Source of the DNA: Halioglobus sp. | GTDB taxonomy: Bacteria; Pseudomonadota; Gammaproteobacteria; Pseudomonadales; Halieaceae | NCBI GenBank assembly: GCA_041396025.1 | Contig: JAWKZL010000004.1 | Location: 113,116 to 177,115, forward strand | Length of the DNA stretch: 64,000 bases | Direction: 5' to 3' | Part shown: in pieces, positions 9,265-19,301 of the stretch | How positions within the stretch are numbered: position 1 is the stretch's first letter | How the letters are laid out: every line of letters starts with the position of its first letter | The notes under the pieces: generated by a model | Seen by the model: the letters and a program-made list of their open reading frames with translations, nothing else | The model's database searches: none | Told to the model about the DNA's origin: nothing | Made by a program: the position numbers and the translations under genes

Positions 9265-10864
9265 TCAGCAACCCGGAGGCAACGTGGATTCAAAGGTCGC
9301 GCTGACAGACATCTGGGCGTCAATCGTCAGCTCGCAATTTCCGGTACCCGCTGCCGCACAGTCACCACCCCAGCCGGTAAACTTGCTGCCGTTAGCGGGT
9401 GTCGCGGTCAATGTAACCAGGGTGCCAGAATCGAGATCTACCGTACAAGTGTGGCCACAGTCGATACCACTTCCCGTCACCGTACCTAGACCCGCGCCGA
9501 GCTTGCCTAACGACCATCGAGTACTGCGGTGTGACGACTTCACCTGCCACCGTCAACTCGTAGCTACTGCTGGCCGTAACATTGGCTGCGTCGGTCACAT
9601 CAACGGTAAAGGTAAAAACGCCCCCACTGGTGGGAATTCCAGAGAGGACGCCGTCGTCAGACAGCGACAAACCCGGAGGCATGCCAATCGGTGGCACAAT
9701 GACATAGGGCGCGCTGCCACCAATAACGATGCTACGCGGCAGATACTCCACGTCTTTTTCACCTTCCTGCAAATGGTCGATAAGACCCAGTGGCAGGTCC
9801 GCCGCAAATCCCGCCATCTGCGCGCCGATGTAATCACCTACCACCACCTGCGACTCGCAATCGACATAATATGAGTCTCCATTGAGATCGGTCACTTCAA
9901 CAGCGGTGCCAACACCGTGCAGGTACAGCGGAGAATCGGGGTTGTTCGTCGGATTGACCTCATCGCACATAGCCTCTCCGGTTTCAGCGTCAATCGTATT
10001 GGCTGCTGCCGCATACTTATAGAACTCGTATCGGCGCGTAACATTCTTGTCGCCGTCGCCCATATCGTCCGGGGCGCCCTCAAGCTCTTGTTTATTCGCT
10101 TTGCCATCCAGGTTGGTCTGTAAAAGTTTAAACTCCGCTTCCACTTCGGCAGGTTCACCGTTCTGCCAATCCTGCTTTCCATCCGCGTCCGCGTCTTCGG
10201 AAACGAGATCATCAAGCGCAACTTTGTTGGCGTTATGGGTGGAAGTCTTGATGACTTTGACAAAGCTGGGCTCGCCAAAGCGCTTGTTTACCCTGATTTC
10301 GACCTCTGGGGCGGGGATAACCGCAACTACCCTCGCGGCCTGCCCAGCAGCAGGTGGTTGGTAATTCCAGTTGGGGGCGGAGACCATGACCGGCGAACTG
10401 TGATGGACCAGACTTCCGCCATTGTCCACCAGCCAGTTATAACGGATTGCGGTCGGTGCGCCATAGAATCCCACACCAAAGTGTTCACATCCCTCATTCA
10501 CAGACGGATTGGTACAACTGTGCCCGTCGGTAGGGGTCATCGGCGCACTGGGAATGGCCGTATAGGCTGCCCAGGTGCCGTCAGGATTCCTGGCGCTTTC
10601 GTAGCGGATAATGACTTTCGGATGCGCAGGATCGGTAAGGTCCTCGGTAATGCGCGGATGGCCGTAATGGTTCCAGTCGTAGGTATAGGTAATATCTGTG
10701 CTGCGTATGTCGTCGATCTCAATCTCGAATCCATGACATTCGCGCTCCGTATCGTTCACCGTATCGAAGTTATTCAACGTGCCATAAGCCGTGCTGGCGC
10801 TCGCCAGGTGTGTGCCGAACATCAAAACCGCACCTGCCAGGGAAAAACTGCTCTTCAATTGCAT
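9265..10864 (-). CDS. Secreted multidomain protein (unknown N-terminal domain + putative Ig domain + InlB B-repeat-like domain), frameshifted near 9505
   Basis: Signal peptide. MPPGLSLSDDGVLSGIPTSGGVFTFTVDVTD is putative-Ig-like. ORF 9265..9543 supplies GTVTGSGIDCG...VTLTATPANGSKFTGWGGDC as the natural continuation. Confidence 0.75.
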
Positions 10865-10892
10865 GGCGTTACCTCGTTGGAGACAAACTCAA

Positions 10893-10923
10893 AATTATAT
10901 AATTATGGGAATTTTATCCCATA
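10893..10923. promoter_or_regulatory. AT-rich palindromes upstream of the secreted protein gene
   Basis: AATTATATAATT (10893-10904) and TATGGGA-N6-TCCCATA (10904-10923). Confidence 0.45.
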
Positions 10924-11069
10924 TCTGTACGAAGACATACTGACCTACATCAATTAGTGAGAGATTATTTAAACCAGAACAGGATTGTTGAATAAACGGG
11001 CCTCCCTCGGAGCAGAGGACTTTTGCTGGTCATCGTTATGCTCTGGGTAAAGTGGTGTACTGTTATCAC

Positions 11070-11243
11070 ATGGAACAACAAGACATCTTTAAGAAGCACC
11101 TCCGCAAAGCAACTACCCGCTCCTACTGGCTGGGCGTTGGCCTCGGTTTGGTATTCGGGATTCTTCTGGGAATGGCAATTGGCTACACTCTCGGCAGCCC
11201 GACAACGGTTGTGATACCACTCACCGAAGGGACAAAAGTCTAG
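11070..11243 (+). CDS. Small single-pass membrane protein
   Basis: MEQQDIFKKHLRKATTRSYW followed by the Gly-rich TM helix LGVGLGLVFGILLGMAIG. Confidence 0.6.
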   Translation: MEQQDIFKKHLRKATTRSYWLGVGLGLVFGILLGMAIGYTLGSPTTVVIPLTEGTKV

Positions 11244-11308
11244 ACCACACGCTGCCAGTTCTCCGACCAACGCAATGCAAACGCCGGTAGCGCCAAAGCA
11301 ACGCCGCG

Positions 11309-12217
11309 GTGAATGGTGTCACAGCGAACCGGTATAATTACTGCGCCAATGTTCCGCTGGCCATCATTTTGACAGGAGAACACCCCTTGAAAGCAGCACC
11401 TCCGCGAGCGCTAACAGCCATGCTCGTTTTTGTTGGCATTGCTGTAGTCGGATACCTGGATTATCTAAGCGGAAACGAAATACGCATTTTTCCTTTGTAC
11501 TATTTGCCGATAATTCTGGCCGCTTGGGTTTTCAGGTGGCCTGGTGCGTTGATCGCCTCGCTGCTTGCGTCATTCGCCTGGCTGATATCGCTACTGGAAA
11601 CGGGAAATGGCTACTCCAACGGTTACATCTGGGTAATAAACACGTTTACCCAAGGGGTAGCCTTTTTGATGGTATCACTGCTAGTGGCAAAGTTACGTGA
11701 GTTCATCGAACGCGAGCAGGTCCTTGGCAGAACAGACCCCCTCACCCAGCTCTACAATACGAGAGCTTTCAACGAGCAGACCAATCTGGTGCTGGGACTG
11801 TGTCATCGATATTCACGGCCGGTGACCCTCGCTTTTATTGACCTTGATAACTTCAAGAATGTAAACGATACCCTTGGCCATGCCCAAGGCGACGCATTGC
11901 TGCGAAAGGTGGCTAGCGTTCTGCAATCCAGCTTTCGTTCCAGCGATATTATCGCGCGCCTTGGAGGCGATGAATTCGCAGTATTGTTTCCCGAGACAGA
12001 AGCCGAACACGCCGGCGCAATGCTGGAAAGGCTGCGACAGCGCTTAATCGAAATACCCGAATTGAAGACTAGTGCAGTAAGTGCAAGCATAGGTGCTATC
12101 GCCTATGTCATTGCGCCGGAACACCCGAACGAGATGCTAAAAAGAGCGGATGCGTTAATGTACTCGGTTAAGAAAGCAGGCAAAAATCGCGTAATGCTGG
12201 ATCAAGTGGCTGGTTGA
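11309..12217 (+). CDS. Membrane-bound diguanylate cyclase (GGDEF)
   Basis: About 4 TM helices; DLDNFKNVNDTLGHAQGD; RSSD I-site; intact GGDEF. The true start may lie downstream (TTG about 11387). Confidence 0.93.
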   Translation: MNGVTANRYNYCANVPLAIILTGEHPLKAAPPRALTAMLVFVGIAVVGYLDYLSGNEIRIFPLYYLPIILAAWVFRWPGALIASLLASFAWLISLLETGNGYSNGYIWVINTFTQGVAFLMVSLLVAKLREFIEREQVLGRTDPLTQLYNTRAFNEQTNLVLGLCHRYSRPVTLAFIDLDNFKNVNDTLGHAQGDALLRKVASVLQSSFRSSDIIARLGGDEFAVLFPETEAEHAGAMLERLRQRLIEIPELKTSAVSASIGAIAYVIAPEHPNEMLKRADALMYSVKKAGKNRVMLDQVAG

Positions 12218-12274
12218 AGGACGCAGAGTTGTACTCCCTGTGAATCAGACATTCCACGTCATAAGATGTTTGCG

Positions 12275-12697
12275 TTATTTGGGTTTAGTGGTAAGGCGAG
12301 TGGGAAATAGCTCAGCCGTCAGGCGGTACAAGGCGACATCGAAGCTATCGTCAGGGTTCTCGGCACAATAATGCTCCAACCACACCATCAGATTCTTACT
12401 GTTTTTCTTGCCGCCGATATCATAGGTATCGAACGCCAACCGATTGATGCCTGTTATATAACCCATCGTATATAGCGATAACGCATACAACGCGCGACAG
12501 TCATCTTATTTCTTTGCACTGACGACAGCCCGGTTCAGCGCACTACAACTGGCCACGTTTTTTATTGCGCGCACGTTGTACGCTTTGTCGATGTCTGCCG
12601 CCAGGGTGGCGCCCGCGATGGCGGCATACATCAACCACGCCACAATTGCAGCTATTCGATTCCGCACTCTCGACTTCATACCAATTCCTGCGGGCAA
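12275..12697 (-). pseudogene. Secreted HdeA/Rap1a-like helical protein interrupted by an in-frame TAA
   Basis: Two ORFs in the same frame join as SAKK*DDCRAL. Signal peptide; GYITGIN...WLEHYCAENP motif. Confidence 0.6.
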
Positions 12698-12746
12698 CTG
12701 AACTACCGCGAAAACAACACTTGTGCCATTTACCGGATTGAGGAGT

Positions 12747-13274
12747 TTAGCGATTGCGGCTGAGCTGTGCCGCGAGCTTGTCCTTCATCGGTAATACCCA
12801 CTGTGCCTTCAGTTGAGCTGACAACAAACCGGCATCCTCCAGGTCATCGCAAAGTTTCATCTGGTGAGCGAGATCAAACATATCGAACTGTCGGCAGATT
12901 TTGGCCTGATCATTGAGGGTAAGAAAAGAGACGCCGGGCGATTCAAAAAATGAACCGTCTGCACGCGTCCCGGGGCCGCGGTTCATCCAATGTGTAATCA
13001 AGCTGTTGCCGACTCCGGTGTACACGCCGATATAGGGAAAGGTCCAGCCCTCCCAACCGACTTTCATGTCACGCCCATAGTGTGTTGCCTTGATCTCGTC
13101 GATGCCATTGGCCGTCACATCCATTACACCGGCATACTGACAGGTGTAGATACAATCAGCGGCGTATATTTCGTCTACAAAAAAGATCCAGTCATTGGTT
13201 CTTGATGCTTCCTCATGGGCTGCTATCAGCTTGTCTGCAGTATCGCGTAGCACCAAATCGCTGAGTGTGGCCAT
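12747..13274 (-). CDS. NTF2/SnoaL-like protein (Rv0762c-like)
   Basis: NDW..VDEIYAADCIY...GIDEI...GWEGWTFPY...RQFDMFD. Confidence 0.8.
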   Translation of the reverse strand: MATLSDLVLRDTADKLIAAHEEASRTNDWIFFVDEIYAADCIYTCQYAGVMDVTANGIDEIKATHYGRDMKVGWEGWTFPYIGVYTGVGNSLITHWMNRGPGTRADGSFFESPGVSFLTLNDQAKICRQFDMFDLAHQMKLCDDLEDAGLLSAQLKAQWVLPMKDKLAAQLSRNR

Positions 13275-13318
13275 GCTATCCTCCGAAAATGTGTTGTTAT
13301 CATGGTGCTGAACAAGTA

Positions 13319-14212
13319 CTACAGATATGCCCCCACTACAGCCTCTACTGTGGCGCGCACATTGTTGCGACTGTAGCCCAGTTCGCCATTGTCCGGTTCA
13401 TAGCTGATGAGGGCGTTGCGACCAGCGTAAAGAATGACGTCGGGGAACAGCGGATGCTCCGCCTCAGAAACCGGAAGGTCCATTGGATTTCCAACTGCTG
13501 AGAAGTACATCTCAAGATACGCTTTCCAGCTGAGGTTCTCATCCCCCACCAGATATGCCTTACCACCTTCGCCACGCGCCAATGCGCCGGCAATCGCCTC
13601 GGACATCGAGGTACTGGTGATATGGTTTACACCACCGGCAGGGGCGACCAGAGGCATGCCTTCGAGCCGGCCGGCTGCATACTGCACCAACACTTCCAGA
13701 TGCGGCAGCGACAGGCCCGGCACACTGCCTAGAATAAATGGCGCATTCAGGCTGCACACCGAAAAGCTGGCGCTGTTAAGTGTTCGCACACCTTCGTCAG
13801 CCAGGTGACGGGAACGCACATACGCGTCGGTTTCAATTTTTTCTGGAACCACCTGCGGGTAGTAGGTGCCGATATACACCGCCCGCGCTATACCGGCGTC
13901 TTTCGCCTGTTGAAAGAACCGCGGAACTGCCTCGGTATTGACCCGTGTAAAAAAAGCATCAGCGTCCTCGCCCGGCGGCAACTGGCGAATATCGGCGCCA
14001 GCGGCAAACACCAGCTGATCAAACTCCCGCAAGGCTGCGAGCGATACGTCGCCATCGACATAGTTACCGACCAGATGCGGAAACTCACGCAGACACGCAA
14101 GTGTCGGTGCACAACGCGACATCAGTGTCACGCGATGCCCTGCACCACGCAGATGCATGGCCGCATGCGCCCCGGTAAGCCCCGTGCCACCAACCAACAA
14201 TATATTCGCCAC
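13319..14212 (-). CDS. NAD-dependent epimerase/dehydratase (extended SDR)
   Basis: GGTGLTG Rossmann motif; YVRSR in place of YxxxK. Confidence 0.85.
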   Translation of the reverse strand: MANILLVGGTGLTGAHAAMHLRGAGHRVTLMSRCAPTLACLREFPHLVGNYVDGDVSLAALREFDQLVFAAGADIRQLPPGEDADAFFTRVNTEAVPRFFQQAKDAGIARAVYIGTYYPQVVPEKIETDAYVRSRHLADEGVRTLNSASFSVCSLNAPFILGSVPGLSLPHLEVLVQYAAGRLEGMPLVAPAGGVNHITSTSMSEAIAGALARGEGGKAYLVGDENLSWKAYLEMYFSAVGNPMDLPVSEAEHPLFPDVILYAGRNALISYEPDNGELGYSRNNVRATVEAVVGAYL

Positions 14213-14224
14213 TATAAATTCCTT

Positions 14225-14971
14225 CTAAGGTCGCATGAACTGGCCACCGTCGACATTCAGGATGTGACCAGTAATCCAGCTCGCTTCGTCCGACAGTAAA
14301 AACAGCGCCGCATCCGCCATGTCCTGGGGCGTGCCAAGGCGTTTGATGGGCATGCTCTTGATCATTTCCTTGGCATAATCACCGGCAGTCTTGGCCAGCG
14401 CCCCGGTATCCGTAGGGCCGGGAGCAATTGCATTTACCCTGATCTTGCGCCAGCCCAATTCGTTGGCAATACTTTGTGTAATGCCATTAACGGCAAGCTT
14501 GGCAACACCATAAAAACCGGTACTCATCCACGCAGCGGTGGATGACTGGTTAATAATCGCGCCACCACCGGCGGCTGTCATATGCTCAATTACCGCTCGC
14601 GTCATAATGACGCAACCGTGGGCATTGATACGCATGAATTTTTCCAGATAGTCCATATCGACATTCATGTAACCTTCGATCTTCATATCACCAAAAATTG
14701 CAGCATTATTGATCAGGTAGTTGATCCCGCCAAACTTCTCCACAGTGGCCTGGGCGCAGGCTTTGGCGGAGCTCTCAGAACCGACATCCGTTTTTACATA
14801 CAGTGCACTGCCACCATTCTTGCTGATCGCGTCAGCAACGCGTTGACCACCCTCTTCATTCAGCTCAGCGATCACCACATTCATGCCACGCGCCGCACAG
14901 GCCGTTGCATAGCCCTCGCCAATACCGCCGCCAGCGCCCGTTACAATAATTGTTTTGCCAGTAAAGTCCAT
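14225..14971 (-). CDS. SDR oxidoreductase (Rv0769-like)
   Basis: TGAGGGIG, NNAAIFG, NQSSTAAW, FYGVAK, NAIAPGP, NVDGG. Confidence 0.93.
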   Translation of the reverse strand: MDFTGKTIIVTGAGGGIGEGYATACAARGMNVVIAELNEEGGQRVADAISKNGGSALYVKTDVGSESSAKACAQATVEKFGGINYLINNAAIFGDMKIEGYMNVDMDYLEKFMRINAHGCVIMTRAVIEHMTAAGGGAIINQSSTAAWMSTGFYGVAKLAVNGITQSIANELGWRKIRVNAIAPGPTDTGALAKTAGDYAKEMIKSMPIKRLGTPQDMADAALFLLSDEASWITGHILNVDGGQFMRP

Positions 14972-14984
14972 GCAGAAATCCTCG

Positions 14985-15758
14985 TTAAAATATCGTTTTG
15001 GAAGTGAGTTTATTGGGACGAATCTCCAGCAGATCGACAGCGACTCCCGGGGGCTGCAACAGGGCGTAGCTCACCGCCTCTGCCACGTGACTTGTATCCA
15101 TGCCCATATCCAGATAGCTGCCGGCATCTTTCCAGGCAGTTATTGCCGCATCGAAGGCGTGTTTGTCCCAGCCTTCTGAAAAGCTTGTCCATGCTCCGCC
15201 GGGGCGGATGCAGGTGACCCCGATATTGTCCGGCTGTAGCTCCACGCGCAGGTCGCGAGTAAAGCGCTCTACAGCCGCTTTGGTGGCCGCATAGATTGAG
15301 AGATGGCTGATCTCGTCGTAATGCCAGGCACTGGCTGAGGAGATATTGATGATGCGGGGATTTTCACCGCCGCGCAGCAGCGGAATGGCAGCTTGCGAGC
15401 AGTACACAGTGCCGAGGAAGTTGGTGTGCACTTGCAGGACTACCTCTGCCTCTACCAGCGACTCGATCTTGTTGGGCGTCGCCAGGCCTGCGTTGTTGAC
15501 CAGTCCATCGACGCGTCCGAAGTGATCTCTTATAGTCTCGAACGCAGTGCAAATTGCAGCGCGCGAGCCAACATCTGCAGCCACGCCAAAAGCACGGCCC
15601 GCGCCCAACTCCTCCACCACCTGATCCAGTGCACTCTGCGTCCGACTGATCAAGCCGACGCATGCACCCTGCTCTACCAGGTTTTTAGCAATCGCTAACC
15701 CGAATCCTTTGGAGGCGCCAGTGACGATATAGACCTTGTTCTCCATCAGAGAACTCAT
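14985..15758 (-). CDS. SDR oxidoreductase
   Basis: TGASKGFG, NNAG, NISS, YAATK. Confidence 0.93.
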   Translation of the reverse strand: MSSLMENKVYIVTGASKGFGLAIAKNLVEQGACVGLISRTQSALDQVVEELGAGRAFGVAADVGSRAAICTAFETIRDHFGRVDGLVNNAGLATPNKIESLVEAEVVLQVHTNFLGTVYCSQAAIPLLRGGENPRIINISSASAWHYDEISHLSIYAATKAAVERFTRDLRVELQPDNIGVTCIRPGGAWTSFSEGWDKHAFDAAITAWKDAGSYLDMGMDTSHVAEAVSYALLQPPGVAVDLLEIRPNKLTSKTIF

Positions 15759-17218
15759 ACGCCGATGGCAATCGTCTTGGTTTCCAGATACTCCTCGAAA
15801 CCCTCACGACCCATTTCGCGGCCAACGCCACTTTGCTTATAACCGCCAAAGGGCGCATCGGCACCGTAGAAGTTGCCGCCGTTGACATTCACTGTGCCCA
15901 CCCGCAGGCGGCGGGCCACAGCCAATGCACGCGACTCATCGGCCGACCAGACGCCACCTGAAAGGCCGTAGTCCGAGTCGTTCGCGATGCGCACAGCGTC
16001 ATCTTCGTCGTCGTAGGCAATAACCGCCAGTACGGGCCCAAAAATTTCTTCCCGGGCTATAGTCATGTCGTTGGTAACATCCATGAACACGGTCGGCTCA
16101 ACGTAATAGCCCTTCTCCAGATGTGCCGGCACTCCGCCACCAAGCAACAGGCGCGCGCCCTGTGCCTTACCTTTTTCAATATACGCCAACACCCTCTCGC
16201 GTTGACGGGCATTAATGAGTGTACCCATGATCTGGCTGTCGGAGCCAGGATCACCATACTGGATAAAGCCAAAGTAGGTCGGTAACAACGCCTCCACTTC
16301 CGCCTGTCTGGACCGCGGTATCAACAGGCGGGTGTGAATCGCACAGCCCTGTCCGGCGTGGAAGCAGACGGCGAGACAGCTGAGCAGACTGGAACCGAGG
16401 TCCGCGTCGTCGAGAATAATATTGGCGGACTTGCCGCCCAGTTCGAGAAACACTTTTTTCACAGTCTGCGACGCACGCGCCATGATGTGTTTGCCCACAG
16501 CGGTCGAGCCTGTAAACGAGACCATGTCGACACGCGGGTCGCCAACCAGCTGATCACCCACTTCTTTCGGGTCTTCAGCAGTGATGACGTTGAAAACCCC
16601 GGCGGGTATATCCGTGTATTCCTTCACCACGCGCCCGAGCATAGTCGCGGACCACGGAGTATCCGGCGCCGCTTTAAGCACCACAGTGCAGCCAGCAGCA
16701 AGTGCGGGGACGCATTTGGCAAGATTGATCTGCAGTGGCACATTCCAGGGCGTGATACAGGCCACAACACCAATGGCTTCCTTCTCGACCAGACGTCTGC
16801 TCTTACCGCCCATCATTTCGGATATCCCGATATCGCGACTCCATTCATAGGTCGGCAAGCTACTGAGCGTGTAATCCATAAAACCGATAGGTATTTCACA
16901 CTGCGGACCCATCGCGCCGCATATACCCAGCGGGGCACCCGTCTCTGCGGCGATCTGCTGTTTGAATTCCTCGACAACCGACTTTAGCCCATGTTGCAGC
17001 TGTTGCAGACATTTGTGCCGGAATGCATGGTCAGTGGACCAGTCGCTACTATCGAACGCATGACGGGCTGCTGCGATTGCCCTGTCCATATCCTCGGTAC
17101 CGGCATCGGCGACCCGCCCCATCACTTCTTCAGTCACCGGGTTGATATTTGCATAGGTCTTACCTGAGGCGGCATCGCAGAGTTCGCCATTGATAAACAG
17201 TCTGGTTTCCGGATTCAC
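15755..17218 (-). CDS. Aldehyde dehydrogenase (Rv0768/AldA-like subfamily)
   Basis: ITPWN, FTGST, LELGGKS, HAGQGC catalytic Cys, EEIFGP, PFGGYKQSG. Confidence 0.95.
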   Translation of the reverse strand: MNPETRLFINGELCDAASGKTYANINPVTEEVMGRVADAGTEDMDRAIAAARHAFDSSDWSTDHAFRHKCLQQLQHGLKSVVEEFKQQIAAETGAPLGICGAMGPQCEIPIGFMDYTLSSLPTYEWSRDIGISEMMGGKSRRLVEKEAIGVVACITPWNVPLQINLAKCVPALAAGCTVVLKAAPDTPWSATMLGRVVKEYTDIPAGVFNVITAEDPKEVGDQLVGDPRVDMVSFTGSTAVGKHIMARASQTVKKVFLELGGKSANIILDDADLGSSLLSCLAVCFHAGQGCAIHTRLLIPRSRQAEVEALLPTYFGFIQYGDPGSDSQIMGTLINARQRERVLAYIEKGKAQGARLLLGGGVPAHLEKGYYVEPTVFMDVTNDMTIAREEIFGPVLAVIAYDDEDDAVRIANDSDYGLSGGVWSADESRALAVARRLRVGTVNVNGGNFYGADAPFGGYKQSGVGREMGREGFEEYLETKTIAIGV

Positions 17219-17232
17219 TTGATTTACTCCTG

Positions 17233-18108
17233 CTACATCGGGGGTCGGGATTCATCTTTGGCCAGGAACACGTTCACAATCCTGTCGCGAATAAATTCAG
17301 CAGTGGGCAACACTACATCCTTTTCGGCGGCCGTGGTAATGGCACACTCCAGGTCTTTATGGGCCAGCCTGCCCATAGCGCCAAAATACGGATCCATGTC
17401 TGCCTCGGTACTGGTTTTAGCCACGGCATTGCGGCCGCTTGCAAACATGAACATCTGTTCGTTGACGACACCATTCGAAAGGCCCACCGCGCGCAACACA
17501 TCAGGCGAGAGCCCACAGGCTTCAGCCAGACGAGTGGCCTCCACCATCGCCACAAACTCCGCGTACTGGATGAAGTTATTACACAGTTTGAGTGCGATAC
17601 CAGAGCCAATCGGGCCGGCATGCACGATCTTTTCCGCAGAGGTGAGAAATACGGGAGAGGCGGATTCGAGCTGAGCGTCAGTGCCCCCAACCATGTAGCA
17701 TAACGTCCCCTCCGCTGCGCGGTGGGCACCACCAGTAATGGGTGCATCAATCAGGTCGAAACCCAGGTCGGAAGCCTGCTGTGCCCAGCGCAGCAGGTTG
17801 GCTTGCGTGACCGTGCTATGAATTGCAATTAGCGTACCCGGTTTGGCGTTTGCGAAAATACCGTCATCGCCATGGAGCAGGTCTTCTACCTGCGTATCAT
17901 CACGCACACAGACACCAATATGCATGCACTTACCGGCGAGTTCGGCAACAGTCGCACAGGCTAACGCACCGGCGCCCACTAAGTCCTCGACAGCAGGAGT
18001 GAAGACGTCGTAGACATGCGCGTTGTATGCGTCAACGATCAGGCGCTTCGCAGAGGGTTTGCCGATATTGCCGAGCCCTATATAGCCGACATTGATTTTC
18101 GCACTCAT
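17233..18108 (-). CDS. Beta-hydroxyacid dehydrogenase (3-hydroxyisobutyrate DH family, Rv0770-like)
   Basis: GYIGLGNIG, DAPITGG, GSGIALKLCNN. Confidence 0.92.
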   Translation of the reverse strand: MSAKINVGYIGLGNIGKPSAKRLIVDAYNAHVYDVFTPAVEDLVGAGALACATVAELAGKCMHIGVCVRDDTQVEDLLHGDDGIFANAKPGTLIAIHSTVTQANLLRWAQQASDLGFDLIDAPITGGAHRAAEGTLCYMVGGTDAQLESASPVFLTSAEKIVHAGPIGSGIALKLCNNFIQYAEFVAMVEATRLAEACGLSPDVLRAVGLSNGVVNEQMFMFASGRNAVAKTSTEADMDPYFGAMGRLAHKDLECAITTAAEKDVVLPTAEFIRDRIVNVFLAKDESRPPM

Positions 18109-18164
18109 GCACTGCTCCCTTTTTAGCGTTCTCAGTTGTAGCGGGGTACGGTCCAGAGCGCAGC

Positions 18165-18229
18165 AGTGTAGCTATTCCAAAACTGCACTGTCAATACAAA
18201 TTGACTAGTCGTCAATCTCTGTTTACTAT
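18165..18229. promoter_or_regulatory. Back-to-back sigma70 promoters overlapped by a tandem palindromic operator
   Basis: Plus: TTGACT(18201)-N17-TACTAT(18224). Minus: TTGACA(18194-18189)-N18-TACACT. Perfect GTCAAT-N4-ATTGAC (18190-18205) and imperfect GTCAAT-N4-GTTTAC (18211-18226). Confidence 0.75.
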
Positions 18230-18236
18230 CTACGCC

Positions 18237-19295
18237 ATGAACCAAATCATAGCCAAACCGGCAGAATCTGAAAGTATCCGCAAAAGATACCGCGACAACT
18301 CGTGCCGACACCTGCTGGGCACGGCTCACTACCTGCAAACCCGTGTGATGAACACACTTAAAACGCAGTGCGGACACAAGCACCTGCGCCTTGGCTTCAC
18401 ACCGTATATCTCGTTGATAGGAGAACGCGGTCGACGCTTGACTGATATTGCAGAGGTCCTCGGTATCTCCCGGCAAGCCTGCAACCAGGCCGTCAAGCCA
18501 ATTGAAAGCGCAGGCTACATTGCGCGCAAAGCAGACCAAACCGACGGCCGGGCAAAAACGCTCTACCTGACGCCCGCTGGTGTAAAACTGCGCAGTGATG
18601 GTACGCGGATTGTAACCGAACTCGACCGCGAATTTGCCGCTATTGTCGGTAATGATGCGATCGCCGACACCAGCAAAACGCTGGGAAAGATTTATCACCA
18701 CCTGGCGCTGGGACCGGCGCAGGAGCGCGTCCCTCGTCCTCCCGAGGTCGGTATGGGTGCATTATTGCCTGCGCTGGCGGACTATATCCTGCATCGCTTG
18801 ATGGAATTGACTCGCGACAAGGGTCATCGGAGACTGCAGTTGCGCTTCGGTCAGGTGCTGACCCTGATCGGGCCTTCCGGTGGACGCATTCAACAGATCG
18901 CGACCATCCACGATGTGAGCAAGCAAGCGATCAGCGTCATCGCGACAGAGTTAGAGGAACAAGGCTACCTCCAACGCAACCCGGACCCTACTGACGCGCG
19001 GCAGATTGTGCTCAACTTTACTCCTCGGGGAAACCAACTCATTGCAGATTCAGTCCTCAGCGTCGAGGAACTGGAACACGAATTCGCCGCGATCGTCGGA
19101 CAGGCAGCGCTCAAGCGCATGAACATTACCCTGCGACAGCTCTATCTTGGCCTGCAGTTGGAGCCGGATGTATTTGAAAAACACAATTCGTCAGATATCG
19201 GGCACCTGGCGCACCAACTACAGCAAGAATTGGGACCTCAGGGCAGTCGGGCCTTGGCCAGACTACTGCTGACCCCTTCCGTTAATACGAGGTAA
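18237..19295 (+). CDS. Tandem (double) MarR-family transcriptional regulator
   Basis: Two wHTH repeats, ISRQACNQAV...DQTDGRAK and VSKQAISVIA...DPTDARQI. ATG 18237 is preferred over TTG 18201, which coincides with the -35 box. Confidence 0.88.
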   Translation: MNQIIAKPAESESIRKRYRDNSCRHLLGTAHYLQTRVMNTLKTQCGHKHLRLGFTPYISLIGERGRRLTDIAEVLGISRQACNQAVKPIESAGYIARKADQTDGRAKTLYLTPAGVKLRSDGTRIVTELDREFAAIVGNDAIADTSKTLGKIYHHLALGPAQERVPRPPEVGMGALLPALADYILHRLMELTRDKGHRRLQLRFGQVLTLIGPSGGRIQQIATIHDVSKQAISVIATELEEQGYLQRNPDPTDARQIVLNFTPRGNQLIADSVLSVEELEHEFAAIVGQAALKRMNITLRQLYLGLQLEPDVFEKHNSSDIGHLAHQLQQELGPQGSRALARLLLTPSVNTR

Positions 19296-19301
19296 TAGAA
19301 A

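Noticed and set aside
6844-12700. Genomic island integrated at tRNA-Arg
   Set aside because: No integrase and no duplicated tRNA 3' end (att site) was noticed; only a few variable-looking genes.
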